Source of the DNA: Eledone cirrhosa
Lineage: Eukaryota
Direction: 5' to 3'
DNA length: 64,000 nt
Assembly (NCBI GenBank): GCA_964016885.1
Contig: OZ024743.1
Location: 79,236,001 to 79,300,000 of the forward strand
In this document: positions 49,450 through 62,198 of the stretch, piece by piece
How the letters are laid out: each line of letters opens with the position of its first letter
How positions within the stretch are numbered: the first letter of the stretch is position 1
Made by a program: the position numbers and the translations under genes
The notes under the pieces: generated by a model
The model's database searches: none
Told to the model about the DNA's origin: nothing
The model's input: only the letters and a program-made list of their open reading frames with translations

Positions 49450-49962
49450 TATATGTATATGTGTATATATATATATATAATATATATATATAGAGAGAGA
49501 GAGAGATATACATATATAGACATACATACATAATCGTATATATATATATAATCTTGAGATTCTTACAAGATTGTCTGTGTGTCGTCGTTGTTCTGGAAGG
49601 AAGTAATTATTTATAATCACAGCCTTGATAAGATACAACCAAAATAATTAGTATTGGCCACTATCTATTTGGTGTTTCAAGTGGAGACGACGTAGATGGA
49701 TGGTGGAAGTTAACCTGCTAGAATGACATCTGAAGAACGATTACAATGTTCTCTTTGTTCATTGATAGAAAGAGATATTGTCTGTCTGTGCCATTCTCTT
49801 GTTAAAACTACTAAACTTTATGTATCTTAACCTTAGCTTTGTTTCTTATTATTATTATTTATATTTATCAATAAGTTGTATTAATGTGTTGTGGTAAATA
49901 AATATATAGATATACACCAGGTCCGAAGAACACAATGGAACCAAACGCCCACTGTCGCTGCT

Positions 49963-50066
<104 letters not shown>

Positions 50067-50286
50067 TCACTCTCTCTCTCTCTCTCTCACGCACACACAT
50101 AGACAACAGAATTGAAAATCAAGAGAAAGCAATGGAGCAACCTTAGTTGCGATGGGTGTTCCTGTTATTCTATAAATCGACAGCTTGCGCACACTTTTGA
50201 TATCAAATTTTCTAAATTACAAAATTGTTTGTTTTTTAGTCCAACATTTGCTAACTTGGAAGGCAGTCGTTAACTGATGGTAACGT

Positions 50287-50640
50287 TTCTTCTTCTTCTT
50301 CTTCTTCTTCTTCTTCTTCTTCTTCTTCTTCTTCTTCTTCTTCTTCTTCTTCTTCTTCTTCTTCTTCTTCTTCTTCTTCTTCTTCTTCTTCTTCTTCTTC
50401 TTCTTCTTCTTCTTTACCCACATATTCCTGAGAGGGTCGTGGGGCCAGAGTCCTTAAACACTCCTTCCAGTGGGTCCTGTCAGAAGCAACCGTCTCCAAC
50501 TGATCCGGCTGGATCCCCAAGTGAGACCAGCCAAGCTCATGGATGTTATCCAACCATCTTGCTCGGGGTTAAACCCTGGGTCTCCTGCCAGTTGGTTTTG
50601 CTCGTAAACTCTGTCCAACGATTCTTTCCTGAGACATTCT
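50287..50640 (-). mobile_element. 3' end of a second RTE family with a (GAA)n tail
   Basis: RWLDNIHELGWSHLGIQPDQLETVASDRTHWKECLRTLAPRPSQE followed by ~41 GAA units. Confidence 0.8.
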
Positions 50641-51384
50641 AACCACATGCCCGTAGTATCAGAGCTGTGATCAATCAATTCGGAGAAGTAGTGGCTCTAC
50701 CTGGAGTCAGTCTCTGATCTCCGAGCTACACACTCTATCGAGTAACGTTACCCTTCGACTGAACCCATCTCATCGCTTGTATTCGTGATCGTATTCTTTC
50801 GGTCCTTACCCAAGAGTCAAAGCTATTAAGTTATGTTCCAGACAAAAGTTTAATTATGAGAAAGTTGCGTATTTTACTAAATTCCTTCAATCTCTTGTTA
50901 GCTTTTGAAATAATGTAAACATTCTAGACATCTTGAGAAATATAGTAATGAAACTATTGTCGTGCAAGTGGCTGAGCATCCTGTAGACACTTGTACTGTT
51001 ATCGGGGAAATTCAGCGTGACACAGGCAGAACTAGAGTGACATGAAATAAAATATCTTGCTTAAGGACACAATGTGCCGCCGGGAATCGAACTCATCACG
51101 TTACGACCTGAGTGGAATACCTTAACTTCTAATCCATACACCTTCACTGTTACCTTTGCAACCTGACACACACACCTGAGGTATTTCACTTACCATTGAC
51201 CTCCAATGTAACTAACAAGTCAATCATGTATGTAAAATGGTCCCATCTCACCTATTTCTATTGTCAACTATCGTATTACCTGCCTGAACCTGTGTGTCTA
51301 CAACTATACTATAACTACATTCCCTGTCACTTGTGACTTTGTTTTCTAGAAAATATATTATTATTGTTATTGATATTTTTATAG

Positions 51385-52415
51385 TAGTGGATTAGCAGCA
51401 TTGTTAGAGAGTCAAATACTTAATAGTATTTGATCCGAGGTATTTACGTTCTCAGTTCAAATTCCGCCGAAGTCAATAAAATAAAGTACCAGTGACACAC
51501 TGGGGCCGATACAATCAACTTCCCCTCTCTACAAATTGCTGGTTCTGTGCCTAAATTAGAAATCATTAAACTGGGGGCTGTGAATTGGCAGAATCATTAG
51601 ATTGTTGCCATTGGGTTATACCATGGTAAGGGATTCGCCATGGGATGCATTCTAACTGAATGCAATTGAACATGTTTAGTTACCTAAATCCCTACCATCC
51701 ATGAAATAGGATAACATATCGATGAGGTAAAGAGAGTAGAGTGACGTGTACATCTAATTCTAGTGAAGGGTAGATTGAAGCAACATCGTGGGGAATATAC
51801 GTTGGAAAATACACAGTATGACCGTCCTTTTTGTAGCGATTTGGCGTTATTGTCTAACGTCACGTACTAGCAACGGCGGCCAATTGGCGTTGTTAGAACG
51901 TCAGATAGAACGTTTTGTGGTATTTATTCCTGTTCTCGGAGTTCAAATCCCACCGAGGACAACTTTGTCTCTCGTCCATTCTAGGTCGATAAAAAAGTAC
52001 CAGTCTAGAACTGGGGTCTATTCTTCCTCTACATCTCTTTCCCACTTCCATTCTCTCACTTTCTACCCTCCCCTGGAAGAAATCTGGAAGTGAGATGGGC
52101 TCCGCCAGGTTAAAAAATGCTCTAGAAACGCCATATGTCAATACGGCACCCCTACAACTTTTTAAGGGTCCAAAGAAAGCTAGAACTGCAGTATTAAGAT
52201 AACATAGCATTGTAGTGTTGTGGGGGACACACAGCCAGCAAATTTGGGGGAAGGTCAGTTGATTAAACCCGTCTCCATAGTTGACTGGGACTTTATTTTA
52301 TTGACCCTCGGTAGGATGAAAAGCAAAGTTGATCTAGGCGGGATTTGAACTCAGAATGTAAAGAGCCAGAAGAAACCATCATATTTTATGTGGTGCTCTA
52401 CCAATTTTGCCAATA
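51385..52415. mobile_element. Cluster of degenerate family A SINEs (~51385-51570 +, 51875-52020 +, 52230-52415 -)
   Basis: gttcaaat B boxes and aaagtaccag cores. Confidence 0.7.
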
Positions 52416-52429
52416 TACCTCCCTCATGA

Positions 52430-53785
52430 CATCAAAAGATTTCTCCCTGCGTACAAAAGGACGATTATATGACACCTGTGTGTGAGGTGTGATGCTGCAT
52501 GGTGGTGAAACATGGGCTGTGACTGTAGAGGACATGTGGTGCTACATGGTGATGAAACATAGGCTGTGACTGTAGAGGACATGTGGTGCTACATGGTGGT
52601 GAAACATGGACTGTGACTGTAGAGGACATGTGGTGCTACATGGTGGTGAAACATGGGCTGTGACTGTAGAGACATGTGGCGCTACATGGTAGTGAAACAT
52701 GGGATGTGACTGTAGAGTACATATGGTGCTACATGGTAGTGAAACATGGGATGTAACTGTAGAGGACATGTGGTGCTACATGGTAGTGAAACATGGGCTG
52801 TGACTGTAGAGAACATGTGGTGCTACACGGTAGTGAAACATGGGCTGTGACTGTAGAGGACATGCGGTGCTACATGGTAGTGAAACATAGGTTGTGACTG
52901 TAGAGGACATGTGGTGCTACATGGTGGTGAAACATGGGCTGTGACTGTAGAGACATGTGGCGCTACATAGTAGTGAAACATGGGATGTGACTGTAGAGTA
53001 CATATGGTGCTACATGGTAGTGAAACATGGGATGTAACTGTAGAGGACATGTGGTGCTACATGGTAGTGAAACATGGGCTGTGACTGTAGAGAACATGTG
53101 GTGCTACACGGTAGTGAAACATGGGCTGTGACTGTAGAGGACATGCGGTGCTACTTGGTAGTGAAACATGGGTTGTGACTGTAGAGGACATGTGGTGCTT
53201 CATGGTAGTGAAACATGGGCTGTGACTGTAAAGGACATATGGTGCTACATGGTGATGAAACATGGGCTGTGACTGTAGAGGACATGTGGTGCTACATGGT
53301 AGTGAAACATGGGCTGTGACTGTAGAGGACATGTGGTGCTACATGGTAGTGAAACATGGGTAGTGACTGTAGATGACATGTGGTGCTACATGGTAGTGAA
53401 ACATGGGTAGTGACTGTAGATGACATGGGTTGGAAAGAAATGAAGCAACCATGCTTCGTTGGATGTGCAATGTTAGTGTGAGAGAAAGGCAGAGCTTGGA
53501 TGAGCTGAGGGAAGAACTGGGTTTAAGAGGAATTCGACGTAATGTACAGAAAAGAAGACTGCGTTGGTACAGAGATGTGATGCCCATGGATACTGATGCC
53601 AGGAAATTCCAGTGGAAGGTGCACCAAGAAAACCTGGGTAGAGGTTCTGACCTCAAATCACTGAGACTCACAGATATGACGAAGAACGTGGCCAGTGGAG
53701 AGATGCTGGGCTGGGAAGGACCCGTCCAACCCATGCACGCGTGGAAAACGCGGACGTAAAGACGACGATGATGATGAGGAGGAGG
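52430..53785 (+). pseudogene. 3' fragment of a third RTE family, internally expanded by a 47-bp array
   Basis: SLRTKGRLYDTCV*GVMLHGGETWAVTVEDM-[array]-LERNEATMLRWMCNVS...KRRLRWY, with a (GAT)n-like tail. Confidence 0.85.
52494..53427. repeat. 47-bp minisatellite, ~20 copies
   Basis: gctacatggtagtgaaacatgggctgtgactgtagaggacatgtggt at 52541, 52588 and so on. Confidence 0.95.
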
Positions 53786-54052
53786 ATAATTGTGACGGTG
53801 AGGATATGCAACGATGTGGTGATGTAGCGTTATTGTTTAACGTAATGTGTTAGCAGCGTTGTCATATCGTTGGGGTGTTATCGCGTAACGTCAGATGCTT
53901 GTAGCGTTGTTGCTCTGGCATTGTAGAATTATAGTTTAATACAACAGGTTAGCAGACGTTGTCATGGTGATGTGACGTTATGGTGTAACGTCAAAGGCTA
54001 CCAGGACTCTGTTGCCATGGTGATGTAACGTTATGGTGTAACGTCAAATACT

Positions 54053-54237
54053 TGTTTCTACTTTAGGCACAAGGCCAGCAATTACCCAGTGCATTACTGG
54101 TACTTTATTTTATCGACCCCGTAAGGATGAAAGGCAAAGTCAACCTCGGCGGGATTTGAACTCAGATCGTAAAGGGACGTAACTATGCTTGAAAGCATGG
54201 CGTCCGACCCTCTACCGATAGTGCCAATCCACCGCCC
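54053..54237 (-). mobile_element. Young full-length family A SINE with 19-bp target-site duplication
   Basis: tggtgtaacgtcaaatact at 54034-54052 and 54238-54256. Confidence 0.92.
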
Positions 54238-54631
54238 TGGTGTAACGTCAAATACTATCAAGACTCTGTTACCATGGTGATGTAGTATACTATAAACTAT
54301 TTAGTAGCCAGAAGGTTCCCCTGGGGTAATATCTTTCAGTCATATCGTTAATATCAGTGGCAATATATTCATCCCTCTCACACATACACACACATACACA
54401 CACACATATACACAAACATACACATACATACATATACACACATACACACACATAAATATATATATATAATATATAAGCGTATATATACATAATATACATG
54501 TATACGATATTATATAATACACAAACATACACGCACGCACACACACACACACACTCACACTTATATATATATATATATTGGCAAAGAACAAAACAAAAAC
54601 AAAGAGTGCAGTTATATATATACTTGTTCCT

Positions 54632-54683
<52 letters not shown>

Positions 54684-54891
54684 GAAAAAGTGGAGAATAA
54701 CATGGTCAACAGTACAAAAAAGGAGATTTATTTACAGTCTAACAATTGTTTCACGGATAGAGTTGTCTAAAAATTGCTAAACACTAAAAGTAGTGCCACT
54801 CAATTTAAAACACATGTTATCTGCATCATATCCTCAGAGACTGAGAGAAAATATAAATATATGCGTAACCGGCAAATTTACAAATTCAATT

Positions 54892-55239
54892 ATAAGTCAA
54901 ATGTTTAAAATTTGGCTTCGTTTATTACTGCTATATATATTTCGGTGACAGCCATCTTTGGCTGTGACCTCTTCAGGCAGTCCGAATTAGTGTGGTAGAG
55001 ACGAGTACACATGTTGTTGAGGTGTTTAACTTTGTCAATACTCTGATATGCCCAGTTCCTGGTTGGGTTGTTATTTCACTGAGGAACTGGAATCATGATG
55101 GTTAAACACCTCAACAGCATGTGTACTCGTCTCTACCACACTAATTCGGACTGCCTGAAGAGGTCACAGCCGAAGATGGCTGTCACCGAAATATATATAG
55201 CAGTAATAAACGAAGCCAAATTTTAAACATTTGACTTAT
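54892..55239. repeat. 139-bp inverted repeat (54892-55030 / 55101-55239), each arm carrying a hammerhead
   Basis: The arms differ at ~2 positions and enclose a 70-bp spacer. Confidence 0.93.
55150..55204 (+). ncRNA. Type I hammerhead ribozyme (mirror copy 54927-54981 on -)
   Basis: actgc-CTGAAGA-ggtcacagcc gaagat ggctgtcacc-GAAA-tatata-TA-gcagt. Intact core, with the palindromic minimal stem III typical of Penelope-like elements. Confidence 0.85.
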
Positions 55240-55352
55240 TTATTTTATTTTATTTTACATTACTCCGGAGTAACCAAACCAACCTGCGCACTTCTTCGAG
55301 TGCTCCAATCTGCATACTAGGGTATTGGTATACAACCAACATATACTAAAAT

Positions 55353-55422
<70 letters not shown>

Positions 55423-55705
55423 GCCCTTATTATACATCAGAGAGGCCAGCGAAATAGAACTTTAGCCAAAGCTAAACAGAAAAAAATGAATGGAATAACA
55501 GCAACACCCAAACAAACAATACTGACCTAAGAGAGGTATAAATAAATAAATAAATAAATACATACAGAAGCACAATAACAACAAACACATATAAACACAC
55601 ACTAGTAAACTAAGATAGAATACAATAACCAATACACAGTCACCCAAACACGAATACACATCAAACACTATACACACACGCAAACGCATGCGCAGAGAAG
55701 ACAAA

Positions 55706-55740
<35 letters not shown>

Positions 55741-56183
55741 ACAGACTAAATAAAGTTGGCGTAGGCATACAATACAACGGGAGGAAACATAATAGCACCA
55801 CTGACGATGTTGCAGATGTGCAACGAAAGAACTTTGTTAGACTATATATATGTGTTTGTGTCTATATTGTATCTGTATTTTTGACCGTTGGTCAGTCAAT
55901 GGTAACATTGAGGACCGAATAAATTAAATTAACCGATATAAAGGACACAGAAGCGAAAACCAACCAAACAGTGAGTGTGTTCTGTTATTAATTCTGGCAA
56001 TATTACACAAATATGACCCTCCCCAAGTATAACAATATTTGTTTCGACACACGATTTCATATCAAAAACCTCGCAAAACTAATTCATCGCCGTTATATAT
56101 ATATATATATATATAAAATATTAAACAAATAATGAACAAACAATTCCTTATATTAAACAAAAAAAGTTCATTATTTAACGATC

Positions 56184-56656
56184 GTTTCTAGGATATATAT
56201 GTGTTATAATTGGTATGCATATTCAACAGATCTATGTACAAAATTATACAAAATTATACAAATTATCAAGATTAAATATACATACCAAACACATATATAC
56301 GCCGTCTTCAGAAATAATGAAGTATATTTATTGATAATAACAACAATTCAAAATTTCAGTTCAAAATTGACCAATGAAAACATAAAGGGTTAAATGCAGT
56401 TCGGTGTGTGTATATACATGTAAAACCCTTACACATATTTTACAAAAATGTATGTATAATTTGTATACGCATACTAAAATGATGGATGCAAATACGAAAT
56501 TTCAAGGTTAATGTCTCTGTGAGCTTACCATGCGCAGATAAGATACTTATGAAATCAAGTATATTTAATCTTGATAATTTGTATAATTTTGTATAATTTT
56601 GTACATAGATCTGTTGAATATGCATACCAATTATAACACATATATATCCTAGAAAC
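56184..56656. repeat. 98-bp perfect inverted repeat (56184-56281 / 56559-56656)
   Basis: gtttctaggatatatatgtgttataattgg...attaaatatac and its exact reverse complement. Confidence 0.92.
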
Positions 56657-56672
56657 TCTTGGTAGATTTATC

Positions 56673-56747
<75 letters not shown>

Positions 56748-56834
56748 GGAAAAGATTGTTTTGGTAAAAACAGGAGTAAGCAGGAGAAAGCTCTCAACAG
56801 TCGTTGTTTTTAGTTACGATGGAGAATTTTATAA

Positions 56835-56999
56835 AAATAACAAAATAAGATGCTGAGGTTACATATATTGTTTAATCAAAATAATTATTTCCACGGTTCT
56901 CCATGCCTGTGTGCCCAAATATGTATGCTGGGCACACAGGCATGGAGAACTGCACTCCTTATTTTAGTTTTGTAACCTCTGCATCTTATTTTGTTATTT
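56835..56999. repeat. Imperfect palindrome with a 22-bp perfect inner stem
   Basis: aaataacaaaataagatgc.gaggttaca / tgtaacctc.gcatcttattttgttattt, and gttctccatgcctgtgtgccca / tgggcacacaggcatggagaac. Confidence 0.85.
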
Positions 57000-57024
57000 A
57001 TATATATATATATAATGTAAGCGG

Positions 57025-58075
57025 CTCTCCAGCTATCTATTTAAAGCAGTATATAGCTATGGTACGACTACACTTAGAATTTGCATCACCAGTCTGGAAT
57101 CCCTATCTTCCTCAGAACATTGACCTCCTGGAAACTGTTCAGAGACGTGCAGCCAAGCGAATACCCTCCATCAGGCATCTACCATACTTTGAACGCCTTG
57201 CTTCCCTGGGCATGGATACATTGAAGCTCCAACGTCTGGCAACTGACTTGGTAAACACCCATAAAATTATTAACCATCTTGCCAACAACAACCCTGAGCA
57301 CCTTTTGGATTTCCATATGTCTAACACACGTGGGCGTGCCAACAAAGTCAGAAAACAGCACAGCTCCCATGACTTTCGGAAACATTTTTTCACGCTCAGA
57401 GTTACTGAAGCATGGAACAAACTACCTGCATCAGTTGTTAGCTGCCAAGTCACTGCATCCTTCAAAACCTTCATGGAACAAACTACCTACTTCAGTTGTT
57501 AGCTGGCGAGACACTGCATCCTTCAAAACCACGATGGAACAAACTACCTACATCAGTTGTTAGCTGCCAAGACACTGCATCCTTCAAAACCTTCATGGAA
57601 CAAACTACCTACATCAGTTGTTAGCTGCCGAGACACTGCATCCTTCAAAACCTCCATGGAACAAACTACCTACATCAGTTGTTAGCTGCCGAGACACTGC
57701 ATCCTTCAAAACCACCATGGAACAAACTACCTACATCAGTTGTTAGCTGTCGAGACACTGCATCCTTTAAAACCTCCATGGAACAAACTACCTGCATCAG
57801 CTGTTAGCTGTCGAGACACTGCATCCTTTAAAACCTCCATGGAACAAACTACCTGCATCAGTTGTTAGCTGTCGAGACACTGCATCCTTTAAGACCTCCA
57901 TGCTTCCTGAGACCAGATGTCCCCCCCCCCCTCCATACACACACACACACATGTATATCATGACTCATACACTATTCACTTCCCTGACATTTGTATATTA
58001 TTCTATGTACTATACATGCACCTTTGATGAGTTGTAGTGCACCTGAGCACTGTACACAATAATTCCATATTATAT
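57025..58075 (+). pseudogene. CR1-clade LINE 3' fragment
   Basis: YIAMVRLHLEFASPVWNPYL..IDLLETVQRRAAK...YFERLASLG...NTRG...FFTLRVTEAWNKLP...SFK, followed by 3' UTR and an (ATATT)n tail. Confidence 0.9.
57411..57902. repeat. 61-bp tandem repeat, 8 copies, from the CR1 ORF2 terminus
   Basis: catggaacaaactacc...ccttcaaaacctc at 57411, 57472 ... 57838. Confidence 0.95.
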
Positions 58076-58101
58076 TATATTATATTATATTATATTATAA
58101 A

Positions 58102-58288
58102 GGGGTGGATTGGCAGTGTCGGTAGAGGGTCGGACGCCATGCTTTGACGCATAGAGGTACGGCCCTTGCCATTCTGAGTTCAAATCCCGCCGAGGTTAAC
58201 TTTGCCTTTCATCCTTACGAGATCGATAAAATAAAGTACCAGTAAGGCACTGGGTAATTGCTGGCCTTGTGCCAAAGGTAGAAACAAT

Positions 58289-58292
<4 letters not shown>
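58102..58292 (+). mobile_element. Family A SINE
   Basis: Full consensus match, placed directly after the CR1 (ATATT)n tail. Confidence 0.88.
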
Positions 58293-58333
<41 letters not shown>

Positions 58334-58356
58334 TATATATACATATATACACACTC

Positions 58357-58420
<64 letters not shown>

Positions 58421-58435
58421 AATATATATATATAT

Positions 58436-58468
<33 letters not shown>

Positions 58469-58484
58469 ATATATATATACACAC

Positions 58485-58583
<99 letters not shown>

Positions 58584-59845
58584 TATATAGCTCACTATGT
58601 TGTCACGTAGATAAAAATGATATTACAGCTGGAATGACTACGGCACAGCTTGTTATAGAGGTGGTAGCTAAAAATAGTAGTAGTGGGAGTAGGTCGACTC
58701 TAGTGTTCCTCTCTCCTCCTATTCCCTCTTTCTTCCTCTCCCTATCTCTTTATCTCTCTCCCTCCCCTTCGTCTAGTAAGAAACACTATAGAGGTGGCGG
58801 TGGGAGTAGAACGTTAATTAATATTAGAGGGGGAAGTCATACTGTGTTTAACTCTCTTTCTTCTGTCTTTCTTTTTAATACTTCCTTCCTTCTCTTCTCT
58901 GTGTTCTTTTTCTTTTCCCTCTCACATCTTTACTCTATCGACCACTCTCCCCTCTCTCTCTATTTCCCCTCTTAACTCTGCCTTTTTCTCTCTTTTATCC
59001 TTCCTTATCTCCTTTCACTTTGTCTTCTTCCTCTCCCACCTTTTATCTCTCATTCTTTCTCCTCTGTATCTCTCTTTCCCTCCTCCCTCCTTCCACACGA
59101 AACACGATAAGAAGAGAAAGAGGGGGAGGAAGATGACACGATATCAGTGGTGCTTACAGATAGCTATCACCGACGACAACAACTACAACAATAACCCTAA
59201 CGACAATCGTGGTGACTGTTATTGGCCGTCGCCGCCATCACCACCGTCGTAATAATTGTATTACTAATAGTAGTAGCAGCAGCAGTAGTGGTGGTGGTAG
59301 TAGTAGTAGCGGTAACAGTCGTGATTCAAACCTTAGCCTCTCTCTCTCTCCCGTCGCCACCGACCTTCCGTGAAAACCCTGTTAGTGTTGTGTATGGCAC
59401 AATTGTAGGAGCACCACCACACCACACACTGTTGCAGGCAACGATGTGGCTTTTAACGAACACAACCACTCAAACAGGTGCGACTATGGCTTGGACTACT
59501 ATTACTACTTCTAGGACTTAAGCCCTGTTCAGGCTTTCCTCGGATTAAAAACAGACAGATTTGGTTAAACTCCTTTTGTTCTCGTAATTAAGAAATTTCT
59601 CCTATTGCAGCACTGAAAAAGCTCCTACTAACAGACGGATTTAACCAGAGACCGCACGTAATATATAAACACCACCACAAATTGTTTGATTAATAATATA
59701 TTTTTCAAGTGTGTGGACTACTGTATTGGAACAGCTCGTGTATATTTACATATATATACGTGTGTATATTATATATATACACAGACCACTATATTGGAAT
59801 AGCTTGTACGCGCACACACACACACACACACACATATATACATAT

Positions 59846-59917
59846 ATTCATTTTAGTAAGGCTAAATAGTGAGTCTTGTTACTGTGTAGTTTCGCCTGTT
59901 CATCACAGGTTCATCAG
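59846..59917 (-). ncRNA. Hammerhead-bearing repeat, same family as 49129-49260, lacking the 5' strand of stem I
   Basis: Minus strand CTGATGA-acctgtgatgaacaggc-GAAA-ctacacag-TA-acaagactcactatttagcc. Confidence 0.7.
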
Positions 59918-62198
59918 GTATATATATATATATAGAGAGATGTTTTATGTGTAATTGATACATCTGGAATAAGAAAGAAATCGTGGAAATAATCACAAAA
60001 AATCGTAACATAAACCAGCTTTTTTGGGGTGTCAACTATTTGAGTTGATCGTTAGTGAACGTGTGGGATCCGGAAATCTTTAAAAGTAATCTTCTGTCGA
60101 TTAACTGTTAAGGAGATACCAGCTCAGGTATTGTGAATCAGCAAGTAGTATGATGAGAGAGATAGCTTGATATGAGCAATATTTATTGGAACATTCTCTC
60201 TGTTATATATTTCTCCTTCTCTTACACAGTGTTGTGTGTTGTCTATTAAGAACTCCTTCTAGCGACCAATTCAACAGGCCATGTGTGTGTGTGTCTATCG
60301 CTCTGTCACTCTCCATATTATATTTCTATAACTGTTGTCAATTAAAAACAATCGTTGAGAGGAAGTGCAGACATCGTAATAGAAAATGAAAAAACGAAAA
60401 CGAACATTATATGACTCGGATTTAATTTGTTAAAAATATATATAATATTATAAAATTGTATATAAAAGGAGAAGGAAAATTTAAATGTTGAACCATAAAT
60501 TATATAAATATAAGTATCCTGTTCTCCAACGGTGTGTTGCAACAGATCTGTGAGTTGTGTGCAATACGATCGCCTTCCAGCAATTTTTATCGAATTTCTG
60601 GATTATTATTATTATTACATTATTGTCATTTCCACTTTATTTGGCAGGCACTCTCTTCCTTTTATTGATCAAGATAGAGAGAGGGAAAACCCCTTAACGA
60701 ATGAATCAATCGTACGTAATAACTTAATACAGCTAACCCCCTTTTTTCCACACACGCACTTGTTTGTGATAAGTGAACACAGCTCTGCAGAATTACTAGC
60801 GGGATTCTGGTATAAGTTGGTTGTTAATGAGAAGAAAATTAACAGCGCTTGGAATATTTACCAAATATCTTATAAAAAAAGGAATAAAATACATTATTCT
60901 ATCAGTGGATTTGAAAAAAATAATGTGATATCTTCGTTGGTGTTGATAATGTTTGGAATAAAATCCATCTTTGGAATGGAAGAAGAAAATATGTAGAAGA
61001 ATAATTCGGATTACTTAATCTTTACAGTTTAACATAGATCGGGATAGCTGCATATATTAGGAATAATCCCTGACTCGGATGTCGCTACGTTGCACTTCTC
61101 TACAATAATAATACTGATTCTAACATTACAATAATCGAGGCGTTTACATTCAAACATTTTCGGAAATAATTGAACCTGTTTCTTTTAAAAGGAATAGAAT
61201 TTATAGGACCCAGACCATTATTTCTAAGTGATTCATTGATATACCAATTTTCCTGTCTATTTTATTTTGGGTTTGGTTATTTCTTGGATCTTCATATCAA
61301 CCCTGAAATGGCAAAATGGTCGAGAAGATTGGCAGTGAATAAACCTGGAGAATATGCTGAGTCGAGCTGGTTTTCAGATTGGAAACAATATAAAAAGAAG
61401 TATTCCTGAAAATAATCTTCCAGTTCAACCAAGAATCGAACCCGGAATTTACGAAAACCTGAAGATATCTGTATCGTATTAAATCTGGAACTTATTACAA
61501 AAAATATATTAACGTATTTAAATATTTTGAAGAAAAAAAAATCTATTTAAATTACCGACAAGGAAATAATAATTAAAAAAAAAAGATAAAACGGAAACAT
61601 AATTTACTAATTATAGAAATTAAAATTTCACCAGTTCCGAGTTGGTCAGGTGAGATAATTATCAAAGGTAGAACAAAAAAAAATATAGCTGAGCTGTTTT
61701 AGAATAATTCTTGAACATTACAAGAACTGCTACTATTAAATCTTGGGTTCTTTATTTCAGTAACAATATCTTTCTCCTCCCAAGTACGGAAATATTTAAA
61801 GAATTAATTTAAATGTAAACAAGAAAATATTCATATATAAACCAAAAAAGTATGCAATAAATGAAAGGAGTCGTACGCTGGAATAATTAATTATTTTTTT
61901 AAAATTCATTTCGGATTTGAGAAAAAATATATATTGGAAGCTTATTAGAAACTGGTGTTTGAAAAATAAGAATTGATTTATTATTATTATTGGAAACAAT
62001 TTTTTAGCGATATTGCTGTGATTGATTCTTTCTGGCTTTCTACCTCAGGAAATATTTACCAAAAATTGACAAGAACAGCCACTGTGGTAAATAAGTGTTC
62101 TTTCCTTTCAGCAGTATTAAATTATCGTGGATTCAGTTTTATTGAGAGGATAAAATCAAATCCTTTATTATTTATATTCCTATTGATCATCAATAATT

